Shown here in pieces: positions 17,833-29,936 of a DNA stretch of 64,000 nucleotides. The position numbers were made by a program, and so were the translations under genes. Each line of letters begins with the position of its first letter. Position 1 is the stretch's first letter. The notes beneath the pieces were generated by a model. It made no database searches. It was given only the letters and a program-made list of their open reading frames with translations, and was not told the DNA's origin. The DNA lies in NCBI GenBank assembly GCA_963838475.1, contig CAWIRJ010000005.1, positions 35,520 through 99,519 on the forward strand, given 5' to 3'. This DNA is from an uncultured Acidobacteriota bacterium (lineage in GTDB: Bacteria > Acidobacteriota > Terriglobia > Acidiferrales > UBA7541).

Positions 17833-20800
17833 TCAATTCACTGTATGAAGGTCTTCTGGAAGGATTAGGGTAAAGGTGCAGTTTGCCGTATCTGCGGAGC
17901 AGGCAAGCGTTCCGCGCCTGACGATCTTAGCGGGTTCGGTGTTGGGAAACATGGGACCGAAATCCACGCCCCGAAGCCGATCCGCGAGTGGGCGCAAGGT
18001 TTGGCTTCCGCTCACGAATTTGACAGCTTCCACTTTGGGATCCTTAGTTCCCGGCGCTAACAGAAGGAGGAAATCGGCTCGGGAATTTTCGCTCGGTCCC
18101 TTGCCTATGGAAAATGTGCGACGAGCAGTGAGTTCAGGCTTGGCTTGGTTTACCAAATCTTCGATCTTCGCATGAGGTCCGAGCAGTGCAATAAGACGTG
18201 CGCGAGTTTCGGGAACAGAGTGAGCCGCGCCAATAGATAAAGAATAGTAGTGGATCGCTTGATCCCTTTCTCCGAGTTGTTGAGCAATTTGCGCCAGGTG
18301 ATCAGCCACCTCACCATGCTGATTCAAAAGCCAGGCGGCTTGGACGTAGCGTTTGGCCTCGTCTAAATCTCCCTTTTCGAAGTGAACCCAGCCAAGCGTG
18401 TCCCAATAAATACCGAGATTCGAGACCGCCTGTAGCTCATCAAGGGAAAGGCGTGACAGATCAATATTTCGGAGATTAGCTGTCGTCGCCGATACGGCGG
18501 ATTCGGCATATTGCTGAGCTTTGTCGAGTTCGATTTGATGCTCTGCCAGATTGTAGGCCACGTTATTCCAAACTGTGGGTGTCTGCGCCAGCTCGACAGC
18601 TTTGTCGAAAGCTTCTAGAGCTTTTTCTTTTTCGCCTGTGTTGATATATGCCTGACCCAAACTGACTTGCAGCGGTGCATTTTCTGGAAGAAGAATTGTG
18701 GCTTTGTCCAACTCGGGAACTGCATCGGCGTATTTGTGCTCTTCGAGAAACAGAGCACCGAGAGCTGCGTGAGCCACCGGATCGATTGGATTTACTTCGA
18801 TCTGTTTTTGGAAAGCCTTTGCAGCGTCTCTGTAATTTTGTTGTTGCTGCAGGGTGAAACCGAGATAGTTATAAGCGTGCTCGTCAAAGGGATTCAACTC
18901 GATCTGCTTTCGGAATGCCGCGCCGGCATCGTCCAGTTGGCCCAGCCGCATGTAGGCGAGACCCAAATCGTTCCAGCCAACTTTGTTTTTCGGATCGAGT
19001 TCAAGCGCACGCTTTAAAAGCGGGATCGCAGCATTTAAGTTTCCGGAATTGAGAGCGGCAACGCCTGCTTCAAGAAGTTCACCAGGTTTCGCGGATTCGA
19101 GGATCTCCGGCGCAGCAGTGGCAGAGTTTTCTGCAACCAGCACCTGGCTCTCATCAGATTCAACCGCGCGAGTGAAAGCGAGGTAGTCGCCGACTCGGGA
19201 AGCGGGGAGTTCGCGCATCTTAAAGCTAAGGGTGCGTTCGGCGATGAGCGTATGAGATTCGAAATGATAGCTTGATTTGAACGTCGCGTAATCCCTGGCA
19301 ATGGAAACTGCGACAGGAACCCGCGCCGTAAAGCTGTCTGGCAACTTCAGCGTCAGCGTCATGGTGACGTCGAGAGGACTTCCGAGATAAATCGGATCGG
19401 ACGTGTCTTTCGGGGCGTCCGGCAAGCCGATCATCAACAGTGGTACGGTAACTTTACTTTTCTTGCTGGACCAGTCGAGAAAATTTGCTTGCGAAAACTC
19501 GAGGTCGAGCTCGAACGGATTTTTTGTGTCAGAAGGGTCGCTCGGTTTTACCGCGGTCACGTCGCCGTGGATGCCATCCAGAGTGGCGATCGTTCGGCCG
19601 AGTTCTTGCCATTGTGTTTGTGGAGTGCGACGAAAGGCAGCGCGTAGAGCCAACTCGTTGTCACCACGAAGAAAATATCGCAGTTTTGCTGAGAGCTTAC
19701 CGAGGTTGCTGACTTCAGCGTCAATTTCCACACGCTGCGTGGAGAGGAATGGAGGATCGATAGGAGTTTCCACGATCTTGCCATCGCCATTCGGCGCAAC
19801 TAGTAACGCGGATTTGTTGCGGAGCGCAGGCGAAAGTAGACGGAAAGGCGCGACTTCCGCAGTCGAATCCATCCAGATGAGGCCGTCTTTTCCGGGAACC
19901 ACCGTAATTACATGGTCGAACTGTGAAGGCGAAGGTACAGATGTATCCAGCTTTCGCGAGAAGGGAATCAAGACTGCATCGGAGCGAATATTTGCGGCTT
20001 CGAGCATCGCGGCGAGCAAAGTGTGCTTATCCTTGCAGTCGCCATATTGATTTGCGAAGACTTCGGCGGCAGGATGCGGTTGGTAGCGCCCAAGCCCGAA
20101 CGAAAGACTTACATAGCGAATGTTTTTGGAAACGTATTCGTAGAGAGCTTCGATTTTATCGAGTTCGTGCTGCTGCCCCTGTATCAATTCGAGAGTCTTC
20201 GCGCGAATTTCCGGTGCGGGATCGACGCGGCCGTTTTCGAGCTTGGCGTACCATTGCGCCACTTTTTCCCAACTCTCAAAAGTAGTCAATTCGATGTCGG
20301 GTCGCTTCGTCTCAACGCGCGGCGCCTTTTTCTTGGCGTCTTCGTCCTGCGCCGAGCGAACCAGGTTTGCACGGTGCCAGCGATAGAGAGTGCGTCCGTT
20401 TTCTTCTAACTTCGAGAACGGAGTTTTGTCCAATCCGGTGTTGTTCCCTGAACCAGGCTTAACACGTAATTGGTAATCTTCGCGACCGTTGGTTAGAGAA
20501 AATTCAGGAGAGCGCACGGTGATCCGACGTCCTTGCGGGACGTCAATTTCCAGACGCTCGTCGAGGACGATTGAATCTTCAATAAAGTTGTAAGCGAACC
20601 AAAATTCGCCGGGCGCCAGGGAGCTTTGTGTTCGCGTAACGATTTCATATTCCAGTGTATCGCCTGCATGCAACGACGGAACGGTGATATGTTTTTCTTT
20701 GTAATCCGTGTACAGGGGGGCATCGCGCGCGACGCTAGCAGTCATTTCTTTTATGGAGTCGGCGGGTGCATCGATTAAGGTTCCGTCCGGCTTGTGAACT

Positions 20801-21138
20801 CGCACGGTCCGAACTTCCATTTGTTCGTTACCGGAGTTGTACCCGAAAACGAGTTCACCGAGCTGTTGAACTCCGGAATCGCTTTGGACTCGGATTCTTA
20901 CGGCAAGATCGCGCTGGCTTGTACCGTCGTTCTCGAATTTTGCAGTGGTGTAGTACTGCTCGATGACGAATGGTTCCTCGGTGAAATCTTTGGCGGAAGG
21001 ATTTCCCGGCGTAGCTTTCCTTGCGGCGACGTCGGACTTAGTTGGACTTTCGGCCTGCTGCGCGGCGATCGTACGCACCGAGACAAGCAGAGCGAACACA
21101 GCAATATCGATACATAAACGCTTCATTCGAAATCCCAT
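17833..21138 (-). CDS. Secreted DUF3857 / transglutaminase-like cysteine protease core / DUF3858 protein with C-terminal TPR array
   Basis: Signal peptide (alt start 21126). Transglutaminase-core Cys motif QYGDCKDKH. At least 6 TPR-like repeats around residues 690-900. 1101 aa. Confidence 0.85.
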   Translation of the reverse strand: MGFRMKRLCIDIAVFALLVSVRTIAAQQAESPTKSDVAARKATPGNPSAKDFTEEPFVIEQYYTTAKFENDGTSQRDLAVRIRVQSDSGVQQLGELVFGYNSGNEQMEVRTVRVHKPDGTLIDAPADSIKEMTASVARDAPLYTDYKEKHITVPSLHAGDTLEYEIVTRTQSSLAPGEFWFAYNFIEDSIVLDERLEIDVPQGRRITVRSPEFSLTNGREDYQLRVKPGSGNNTGLDKTPFSKLEENGRTLYRWHRANLVRSAQDEDAKKKAPRVETKRPDIELTTFESWEKVAQWYAKLENGRVDPAPEIRAKTLELIQGQQHELDKIEALYEYVSKNIRYVSLSFGLGRYQPHPAAEVFANQYGDCKDKHTLLAAMLEAANIRSDAVLIPFSRKLDTSVPSPSQFDHVITVVPGKDGLIWMDSTAEVAPFRLLSPALRNKSALLVAPNGDGKIVETPIDPPFLSTQRVEIDAEVSNLGKLSAKLRYFLRGDNELALRAAFRRTPQTQWQELGRTIATLDGIHGDVTAVKPSDPSDTKNPFELDLEFSQANFLDWSSKKSKVTVPLLMIGLPDAPKDTSDPIYLGSPLDVTMTLTLKLPDSFTARVPVAVSIARDYATFKSSYHFESHTLIAERTLSFKMRELPASRVGDYLAFTRAVESDESQVLVAENSATAAPEILESAKPGELLEAGVAALNSGNLNAAIPLLKRALELDPKNKVGWNDLGLAYMRLGQLDDAGAAFRKQIELNPFDEHAYNYLGFTLQQQQNYRDAAKAFQKQIEVNPIDPVAHAALGALFLEEHKYADAVPELDKATILLPENAPLQVSLGQAYINTGEKEKALEAFDKAVELAQTPTVWNNVAYNLAEHQIELDKAQQYAESAVSATTANLRNIDLSRLSLDELQAVSNLGIYWDTLGWVHFEKGDLDEAKRYVQAAWLLNQHGEVADHLAQIAQQLGERDQAIHYYSLSIGAAHSVPETRARLIALLGPHAKIEDLVNQAKPELTARRTFSIGKGPSENSRADFLLLLAPGTKDPKVEAVKFVSGSQTLRPLADRLRGVDFGPMFPNTEPAKIVRRGTLACSADTANCTFTLILPEDLHTVN

Positions 21139-21430
21139 TGGGCAGTTTGACGGATGCTAGTTTAGAAGGCTTCGCCGACTCGGTAAAGCACGTTGGACAC
21201 TGGTGGTTAGTAACTTCAAAACACCACGGCCGCCGGCGTCCCCGCCCTTGATGGGGCGCGTTAGAGACTTGACCCTTCGCGATTAGCTCGTTGTGCTTAG
21301 TAAATATATTATAATCAGATACTTACCTGCTGATTCAGGGCGGGGTTGGAATCTAGCTTCGTAGTCAATCGCTAGCGGGGTCATGAATAGGTCCAAAGGC
21401 TGCGAATGCGATAAGCTGCCATAACCGAAT

Positions 21431-21492
21431 ATTTTTTAGAGTTTATTTTTGCAGGGAATCGAGTTGACAACATGGGCTACATCTCCTATACT
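21431..21492 (+). promoter_or_regulatory. Near-consensus sigma70 promoter with AT-rich UP-like element for the rpsL...rplQ array
   Basis: TTGACA (21464-21469), exactly 17 nt, TATACT (21487-21492). Preceded by ATTTTTTAGAGTTTATTTTT. Confidence 0.75.
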
Positions 21493-21498
21493 CCTCCG

Positions 21499-21811
21499 GT
21501 TGCATTGAGGCCGTTGGCCTCGGTGGTGATAAGGGAAGTCTTCCGACCCCGGAACATAGAAGGACGGAACGGGGACAAGAAGAACGGCCGAAATGGGGCG
21601 CCAGCCCCGCAAAGCCGTGTGAGCCTCTCCGCAATTGCAAGAGATGGAGTTCACTCCTCGGGGTGAAGCATCATCGCGGAGTACCTGGTAATTCCTTCGG
21701 GTTATGGCGCCTTTTCTGTTCATTCACCCGCAGAATTTTGCGCGGGCGGATTCGCTATGCGCGGAATTGTGCCGATACATCATCCGAGTTGTTTGGATTG
21801 GGGGGGCAAGA
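21499..21811 (+). other. About 310-nt structured 5' leader of rpsL (no recognised RNA family)
   Basis: Hairpins GAGGCC-gtt-GGCCTC (21507-21521), CGGC..GGGGC-gcca-GCCCC..GCCG (21585-21617) and GGAG-ttca-CTCC. No convincing ORF. Confidence 0.45.
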
Positions 21812-22195
21812 GTGCCGACGTTTTCTCAGTTAGTGCGGAACGGCCGGGAAAAAATCCGGACGAAAACAAAATCTCCGGCGCTGGAGGGATGTCCCGAAAA
21901 GCGCGGAGTTTGTGTTCGCGTTTATACCCAAACGCCGAAGAAGCCGAACTCGGCGTTGCGGAAAGTTGCGCGCGCGCGCCTAACTAACAGCGCTGAAGTG
22001 ACGACTTACATTCCCGGTATCGGCCACAATTTGCAGGAACACTCGATCGTGCTTGTACGTGGGGGCCGTGTGAAGGATTTGCCCGGAGTTCGCTACCACG
22101 TGATTCGCGGAACGCTGGACGCAGCGGGCGTGGAGAATCGCAAGCAGGGGCGCTCGAAATACGGCGCGAAGCGGCCGAAAGCCGCCCAGAAGTAG
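21812..22195 (+). CDS. rpsL: 30S ribosomal protein S12
   Basis: [14 protein letters not shown]...[18 protein letters not shown] 21812 follows a GGGGGG run. The ORF-track start at 21704 is over-extended. Confidence 0.96.
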   Translation: MPTFSQLVRNGREKIRTKTKSPALEGCPEKRGVCVRVYTQTPKKPNSALRKVARARLTNSAEVTTYIPGIGHNLQEHSIVLVRGGRVKDLPGVRYHVIRGTLDAAGVENRKQGRSKYGAKRPKAAQK

Positions 22196-22207
22196 GAGAC
22201 CAAAGAG

Positions 22208-22678
22208 ATGCCACGTAAAGGATGGGTTCTTCGTCGGAAGATTCCGGGCGATCCGGTTTTCGGCAGCGACCTGGTGCAGAAGTTTATTTCCAGCATGATG
22301 TACGACGGCAAGCGCGCGACCGCGCAGGCAATTTTTTATAAGGCTATGGACCAGGTGGCGAAAACGACCAACGACGATGCGTTCAAGCTGTTCAAGAAGG
22401 CTGTCGAGAACTGCAAACCGGTTTTGGAAGTCAAGTCACGACGCGTAGGCGGAGCGAACTATCAGGTTCCAGTGGAAGTGAATCCGTTCCGTCGGCAATC
22501 GCTGGCGATTCACTGGCTGGTTTTGTATTCGCGAACCCGCGGCGGCAAGACCATGACGGACAAATTGGCTGGAGAAATTGTGGACGCTGCGAATGGCCGC
22601 GGCGGCGCTGTAAAGAAGAAGGAGGACGTGCACCGCATGGCGGAGGCTAATAAGGCCTTCGCTCATTATCGCTGGTAG
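22208..22678 (+). CDS. rpsG: 30S ribosomal protein S7
   Basis: Full-length S7 (…[13 protein letters not shown]…[11 protein letters not shown]…AFAHYRW). Confidence 0.97.
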   Translation: MPRKGWVLRRKIPGDPVFGSDLVQKFISSMMYDGKRATAQAIFYKAMDQVAKTTNDDAFKLFKKAVENCKPVLEVKSRRVGGANYQVPVEVNPFRRQSLAIHWLVLYSRTRGGKTMTDKLAGEIVDAANGRGGAVKKKEDVHRMAEANKAFAHYRW

Positions 22679-22698
22679 CGCGCGAACAGATTTTTCAG

Positions 22699-24972
<2,274 letters not shown>

Positions 24973-24987
24973 AGGAGCGAGAAAGAT

Positions 24988-26175
24988 ATGGCGAAGGAGA
25001 AATTCGAACGAAATAAGCCGCATGTGAATATTGGGACGATCGGGCACATCGATCATGGCAAGACCACGTTAACGGCGGCGATTACGAAAGTGTTGTCGAA
25101 GAACAATCCGAAGGTATCGTTTCGGGCCTTCGATTCGATCGACAACGCGCCGGAAGAGCGCGAGCGCGGCATCACGATTGCGGTATCGCACGTGGAATAT
25201 GAGACGGCCAACCGCCACTACGCGCATATCGATTGCCCGGGTCACGCCGATTATGTGAAGAACATGATCACCGGCGCGGCGCAAATGGATGGCGGAATCC
25301 TGGTGGTGGCGGCGACCGATGGTCCCATGCCGCAGACACGCGAACACATTCTTTTGGCGCGGCAGGTGGGTGTGCCGGCGATTGTGGTTTTCTTGAACAA
25401 GTGCGACATGGTGGACGATCCGGAATTGCTGGAACTGGTGGAGTTGGAAGTGCGCGACTTGCTGAAGACCTATCAATTTCCAGGCGACACGATTCCGGTG
25501 GTACGCGGTTCCGCGCTGAAAGCTCTGGAAGGGGACGCGAAGTATGAGAAGTCGATTCTGGAGTTGATGGAAGCGGTGGACAAGAGCATACCGATGCCGG
25601 TACGCGACATCGACAAGCCGTTTGCCATGCCGATTGAAGATATATTCTCGATTTCAGGGCGCGGCACGGTGGTTACGGGAAGAATCGAGCGGGGCAAAGT
25701 AAAAGTGGGCGAAGAAGTGGAAATCGTGGGCTTCCGTCCGACCATGAAGAAGACGGTAACGGGCGTGGAAATGTTCCGCAAGCTGTTGGACGAAGGGATT
25801 GCGGGAGACAACGTAGGGTTGCTGTTACGCGGCACGGAAAAAGATGAAGTGGAGCGCGGGCAAGTGTTGGCCAAGCCAGGATCGATCACACCGCACACGA
25901 AGTTCAAGGCGGAAGCGTACGTGTTGACGAAGGAAGAAGGCGGACGGCACACGCCGTTCTTTACCGGCTACCGGCCGCAATTTTATTTCCGCACCACAGA
26001 CGTTACGGGAGACGTGAAGTTGCCGCAAGGTGTGGAGATGGTAATGCCGGGCGACAACGTGTCGATGGAGATCAGTTTGATCACACCGGTAGCGCTGGAG
26101 AAAGGGTTGCGATTCGCGATTCGCGAAGGCGGCCACACGGTGGGAGCCGGCGCGGTTGCCGAGATCATCGAGTAA
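24988..26175 (+). CDS. tuf: Elongation factor Tu
   Basis: [22 protein letters not shown]. 395 aa. Confidence 0.98.
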   Translation: MAKEKFERNKPHVNIGTIGHIDHGKTTLTAAITKVLSKNNPKVSFRAFDSIDNAPEERERGITIAVSHVEYETANRHYAHIDCPGHADYVKNMITGAAQMDGGILVVAATDGPMPQTREHILLARQVGVPAIVVFLNKCDMVDDPELLELVELEVRDLLKTYQFPGDTIPVVRGSALKALEGDAKYEKSILELMEAVDKSIPMPVRDIDKPFAMPIEDIFSISGRGTVVTGRIERGKVKVGEEVEIVGFRPTMKKTVTGVEMFRKLLDEGIAGDNVGLLLRGTEKDEVERGQVLAKPGSITPHTKFKAEAYVLTKEEGGRHTPFFTGYRPQFYFRTTDVTGDVKLPQGVEMVMPGDNVSMEISLITPVALEKGLRFAIREGGHTVGAGAVAEIIE

Positions 26176-26177
26176 AC

Positions 26178-26513
26178 ATGCCAAACGGAGAGAAAATTCG
26201 AATTCGTTTGAAGGCATATGATCACCGCATTCTCGATCAATCAACGCGGGAGATCGTGGAGACCGCGAAGCGGACCGGTGCGGATGTCGCAGGGCCAATT
26301 CCGCTGCCCACGGTGATTAACCGCTGGACCGTTTTGCGATCGCCGCACGTTGACAAGAAATCGCGTGAGCAGTTTGAAATGCGCACGCACAAGCGGTTGA
26401 TCGACATCCTCGATCCGACTCCGGATACGGTCGACGCTTTGATGAAGCTCGATTTGCCGCCGGGCGTGGATGTCGAGATCAAGGCTTTCGGACGAGAGCA
26501 CGTAGGCAAGTAG
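26178..26513 (+). CDS. rpsJ: 30S ribosomal protein S10
   Basis: [16 protein letters not shown]...HKRLIDI. ATG is 2 nt after the tuf stop, so the str and S10 operons are fused. Confidence 0.96.
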   Translation: MPNGEKIRIRLKAYDHRILDQSTREIVETAKRTGADVAGPIPLPTVINRWTVLRSPHVDKKSREQFEMRTHKRLIDILDPTPDTVDALMKLDLPPGVDVEIKAFGREHVGK

Positions 26514-26551
26514 CGAGGCGCGAAATAAACGCGAGGGAAAGAGCGAACGAA

Positions 26552-27193
26552 ATGGCCGTTAACGGAATACTCGGAATAAAGTTAGGGATGACCCAGGTTT
26601 TCGCCGAAGACGGCGCCGCTGTTCCTTGCACTGTTCTGCAAGCGGGACCGTGCGTAGTCGTTCAGCGACGGACGAAAGATAAAGACGGCTACGACGCGGT
26701 GCAGCTCGGACTCGTGGAGTTTATCAAGCCGCAGCGTGTGAACAAGGCGCTGACCGGCCACTTCAAAAAAGCCAGCGTCGCGCCGCTGCGATATCTTGGC
26801 GAATTTCGGATTGACGATTCGAAAGATGAAGCCAAGCCCGGCGACCGTGTGCTGGTAGACAATTTCAAAATCGGCGAATTGGTCGATGTTACTGGCGTTA
26901 GCAAAGGCAAGGGGTTTCAAGGCGGCGTGAAACGCTGGCACTATCGCGGCGGCGACGCTTCGCACGGTTCGATGTTCCATCGCGCGCCCGGCGGCATCGG
27001 AGCGAGCTCGTTTCCTTCACGCGTATGGCCCGGCCAACATTTTCCGGGTCATATGGGGCACGAACGTAAGACGTCCAAGAATCTGCGCGTGGTAAAAATC
27101 GATTCAGAAGAAAACTTGCTGCTCGTTTGCGGCGCAGTCCCTGGCCCGGCCGGCAGATACATTTTCATTCGCAAGGCCAAAGCGGCCCTGTAG
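26552..27193 (+). CDS. rplC: 50S ribosomal protein L3
   Basis: [13 protein letters not shown]...[12 protein letters not shown]. Confidence 0.96.
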   Translation: MAVNGILGIKLGMTQVFAEDGAAVPCTVLQAGPCVVVQRRTKDKDGYDAVQLGLVEFIKPQRVNKALTGHFKKASVAPLRYLGEFRIDDSKDEAKPGDRVLVDNFKIGELVDVTGVSKGKGFQGGVKRWHYRGGDASHGSMFHRAPGGIGASSFPSRVWPGQHFPGHMGHERKTSKNLRVVKIDSEENLLLVCGAVPGPAGRYIFIRKAKAAL

Positions 27194-27203
27194 AGAGACG
27201 ACA

Positions 27204-28040
27204 ATGCCAGTTGCGGACGTAAAAAATCTCGAAGGCAAGAAAGTCGGCACGATTGAGCTGGCTGACGATGTGTTTGGCGTGAAGGTGAACGCGCACTTGC
27301 TGCATGAAGCGGTGAGGCATCATCTCGCGAGCAAGCATGCCGGAACGCATAAGACGAAAGATAAGAGCGAAGTAAGCGGCGCCGGTCGGAAGCTTTGGAA
27401 GCAGAAAGGAACCGGCCGCGCTCGCGTTGGCTCGATTCGTTCGCCTCTATGGCGTCACGGCGGCACAGTGCACGGTCCAACGCCGCGCAGCTACTCCTAT
27501 GCGCTGCCCAAGAAAATGATTATCGGCGCGCTGCGTTCGGCACTTTCGTCAAAACTGGCTGAACAGAAAATGACGATTGTCGATGCGTGGGAGCTCGAAA
27601 CGCACAAGACCAAAGCGTTCCGTCAAGCGCTGACCAAGCTGGATAAGGAAACGCCTTCGATCCTGTTGGTGGACAACAGTTCGAATGTGAATCTCGAGCG
27701 CGCGAGCCGCAATATCGAGGGGCTCACGCTAGTGCCAACGAATGGTCTGGAAGCATACGATTTGCTGCGACACGATCACTTAATGATGTCGCGTGAAGCA
27801 GCAGTAAAGTTGAGCCGGGCGCTTTCCCCGAATCCGCAGGAGCAGGAAGAGCCGATTCAAATTCAGCCAGCGCCGGGAGCGTCTTCAAGGCAAGCAGTCG
27901 CCGAAAAGACCGAGCACGCAAAACCTGCCGCCAAGGCGCATTCGAAAGTAGAGGCGGCACCGAAAGCTGCCAAGAAGCATGCGGCTGCAAAGAAAGAAAA
28001 GCCGAAAGCAAAGTCCAAGCCCAAGGCGAAAAAGGAATAG
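27204..28040 (+). CDS. rplD: 50S ribosomal protein L4 with ~70-aa Lys/Ala/Pro-rich C-terminal extension
   Basis: L4 core (SGAGRKLWKQKGTGRARVGS) followed by the tail ...KPAAKAHSKVEAAPKAAKKHAAAKKEKPKAKSKPKAKKE. Confidence 0.95.
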   Translation: MPVADVKNLEGKKVGTIELADDVFGVKVNAHLLHEAVRHHLASKHAGTHKTKDKSEVSGAGRKLWKQKGTGRARVGSIRSPLWRHGGTVHGPTPRSYSYALPKKMIIGALRSALSSKLAEQKMTIVDAWELETHKTKAFRQALTKLDKETPSILLVDNSSNVNLERASRNIEGLTLVPTNGLEAYDLLRHDHLMMSREAAVKLSRALSPNPQEQEEPIQIQPAPGASSRQAVAEKTEHAKPAAKAHSKVEAAPKAAKKHAAAKKEKPKAKSKPKAKKE

Positions 28041-28043
28041 GCG

Positions 28044-28340
28044 ATGGATACGAGGCTTTATCAAGTGATCAAGCGGCCCATCATTACGGAAAAGGGTCTT
28101 GGTGTGAAGGAAACCCAGCACACGGTGGTATTCGAAGTCGCGTCGGATGCTACCAAGACAGAGATCAAGGAAGCAGTACAACGAGTTTTTAAAGTAAAAG
28201 TAGATCACGTTCGCACGGCAAATTTTCATGGGAAGTTTCGCCGCCGCGGTCGCGCAGAAGGTTTCCGCAGCGACTGGAAGAAAGCCTACGTGCGTTTGGC
28301 TGAAGGCGAAAAAATGATCGAGTACGCCGACAACATTTAG
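28044..28340 (+). CDS. rplW: 50S ribosomal protein L23
   Basis: YQVIKRPIITEKG...FEVASDATKTEIKEAV. Confidence 0.96.
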   Translation: MDTRLYQVIKRPIITEKGLGVKETQHTVVFEVASDATKTEIKEAVQRVFKVKVDHVRTANFHGKFRRRGRAEGFRSDWKKAYVRLAEGEKMIEYADNI

Positions 28341-28385
28341 TTTCGACAGTTATTGAGCGAGTTCAGGAAATAGCTAGAGGAAGCA

Positions 28386-29207
28386 ATGCCATTAAAAACA
28401 TTTAAACCATACACGCCGGCAAGGCGTTTTCTCACCATGCTCGACAAGAGCGAGGTGACCAAACAGACGCCGGAAAAATCGCTGGTGGAATCCAAGAAGC
28501 GCACTGGCGGCCGCAACGCACAGGGAGAAATCACATCCTGGCACCGCGGTGGTGGACACGCGCGTAAGTATCGCAACATCGATTTTCGGCGTGACAAGAC
28601 GGGCATTCCGGCGAAAGTTGCGTCGATTGAGTACGACCCCAACCGTTCTTCGCGAATTGCTTTACTGCACTATGCGGATGGCGAGAAGCGTTACATTTTG
28701 CAACCGGTTGGTTTGGAAGTTGGTATGACGGTACAGAACGGCGAAGGCGCGGACATTCTGCCGGGCAACGCAATGAAGTTCCGGCACATTCCGCCTGGGA
28801 CCATGGTTCACAACCTCGAGCTTTTTCCGGGCAAAGGCGGCCAGGTGGTTCGCGCCGCGGGCGGTGCAGCGCAGCTTTTGAGCAAAGAAGGCGATCTCGC
28901 GCTGGTGAAATTGCCTTCGGGAGAAGTCCGGCGGTTCAGTGTGGAGTGCATGGCTACCATCGGCCAACTTGGAAATCTGGATCATGAAAACGTGACCTAC
29001 GGAAAAGCGGGCCGCACACGTTGGCACGGCAAGCGTCCCACGGTTCGCGGTGTCGCGATGAACCCGGTAGATCACCCACACGGGGGCGGTGAAGGCCGTG
29101 TGAAAGGTAACCATCCGCAAACTCCTTGGGGTTTTCCGACTCTAGGTGCGAAGACGCGAAAGAAGCGCAAGAGCAGCAGAATGATCGAACAGCGACGTAA
29201 TCCGTAA
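28386..29207 (+). CDS. rplB: 50S ribosomal protein L2
   Basis: GGGHARKYR...[11 protein letters not shown] signature. Confidence 0.97.
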   Translation: MPLKTFKPYTPARRFLTMLDKSEVTKQTPEKSLVESKKRTGGRNAQGEITSWHRGGGHARKYRNIDFRRDKTGIPAKVASIEYDPNRSSRIALLHYADGEKRYILQPVGLEVGMTVQNGEGADILPGNAMKFRHIPPGTMVHNLELFPGKGGQVVRAAGGAAQLLSKEGDLALVKLPSGEVRRFSVECMATIGQLGNLDHENVTYGKAGRTRWHGKRPTVRGVAMNPVDHPHGGGEGRVKGNHPQTPWGFPTLGAKTRKKRKSSRMIEQRRNP

Positions 29208-29223
29208 GCTAGGGCTGAAACGA

Positions 29224-29574
29224 ATGAACCTGGCGCGGCGAAGAACAGAGAGCAACCTTATGACAGCCACCCGAGCAAATCGGCGTTCAGCACGTCGAAC
29301 AACACGGCGCCCGGCGCGTGCGCGGAAATCAGTCGTGCGGCGTGCAGTGAAGCCAGTGGTAAAAGCAGTTTCCAAGTCGGTGCCAGCTCCGCAAGTGCAA
29401 CTTCGATTGTGCAAGACGGGCTGGGCGGTCATTGTAGAAAAGATTCCAAACGCACAAGGGACTCGTTTCGTGTGTCCCTTCTGTCCGCTATCGCACCGCG
29501 TCTCTGGCCCGGTGCGAGGATTCAAGAAAATGCGCCGCGCGCAGTGGATTAAGCTGCGTCGCGTGGAGGAGTAG
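29224..29574 (+). CDS. Hypothetical small basic protein (Arg-rich tail plus C-x20-C-x2-C-x3-H module) embedded in the S10 operon
   Basis: Same-strand ORF filling the abnormal 375-nt rplB-rpsS gap. Its 3' end (GTGGAGGAGTAG) supplies the rpsS Shine-Dalgarno. Weak own SD (alt ATG 29260). The antisense frame is also open, so coding status is unproven. Confidence 0.45.
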   Translation: MNLARRRTESNLMTATRANRRSARRTTRRPARARKSVVRRAVKPVVKAVSKSVPAPQVQLRLCKTGWAVIVEKIPNAQGTRFVCPFCPLSHRVSGPVRGFKKMRRAQWIKLRRVEE

Positions 29575-29582
29575 TACAACCG

Positions 29583-29936
29583 ATGCCGCGCTCGCTCAAA
29601 AAAGGACCGTTCGTCGACAATCACCTGCGGGTTAAGGTGGAAGCGCTGAACACTCGCAATGAAAAGAAAGTTTTGAAGACGTGGTCGCGCCGTTCGACGA
29701 TTCTGCCGGATATGATCGGCCACACCATCGCCGTTCACAATGGAAAGAAATTTATTCCTGTGTATATCACGGAGCAGATGGTTGGACACAAGCTCGGTGA
29801 ATTTTCGCCGACGCGCACCTTTAAAGGTCACGCGGTAAAAGCAGCGCTCGAAAGGGCTGCTGCGGCGGCTGCTCCCGCAGGAGCGCCAGCGGCAGGAGCC
29901 GCTGGTGGTGGCGCGGCGCCGGGACCAAAGGCATAA
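29583..29936 (+). CDS. rpsS: 30S ribosomal protein S19 with Ala/Gly/Pro-rich C-terminal extension
   Basis: [11 protein letters not shown]...[23 protein letters not shown], then ...[26 protein letters not shown]. Confidence 0.96.
   Translation: MPRSLKKGPFVDNHLRVKVEALNTRNEKKVLKTWSRRSTILPDMIGHTIAVHNGKKFIPVYITEQMVGHKLGEFSPTRTFKGHAVKAALERAAAAAAPAGAPAAGAAGGGAAPGPKA

Noticed and set aside
21290-21460. Possible tRNA, tmRNA, RNase P, SRP or 6S RNA gene in the large gap upstream of rpsL
   Set aside because: I found none of the diagnostic motifs by eye: no T-loop GTTCGAATC-like box with a cloverleaf, no GGAAAGTCCGG P4 motif, no tmRNA ends. Only generic hairpins are present, so I kept it as an unexplained region rather than an RNA gene call.
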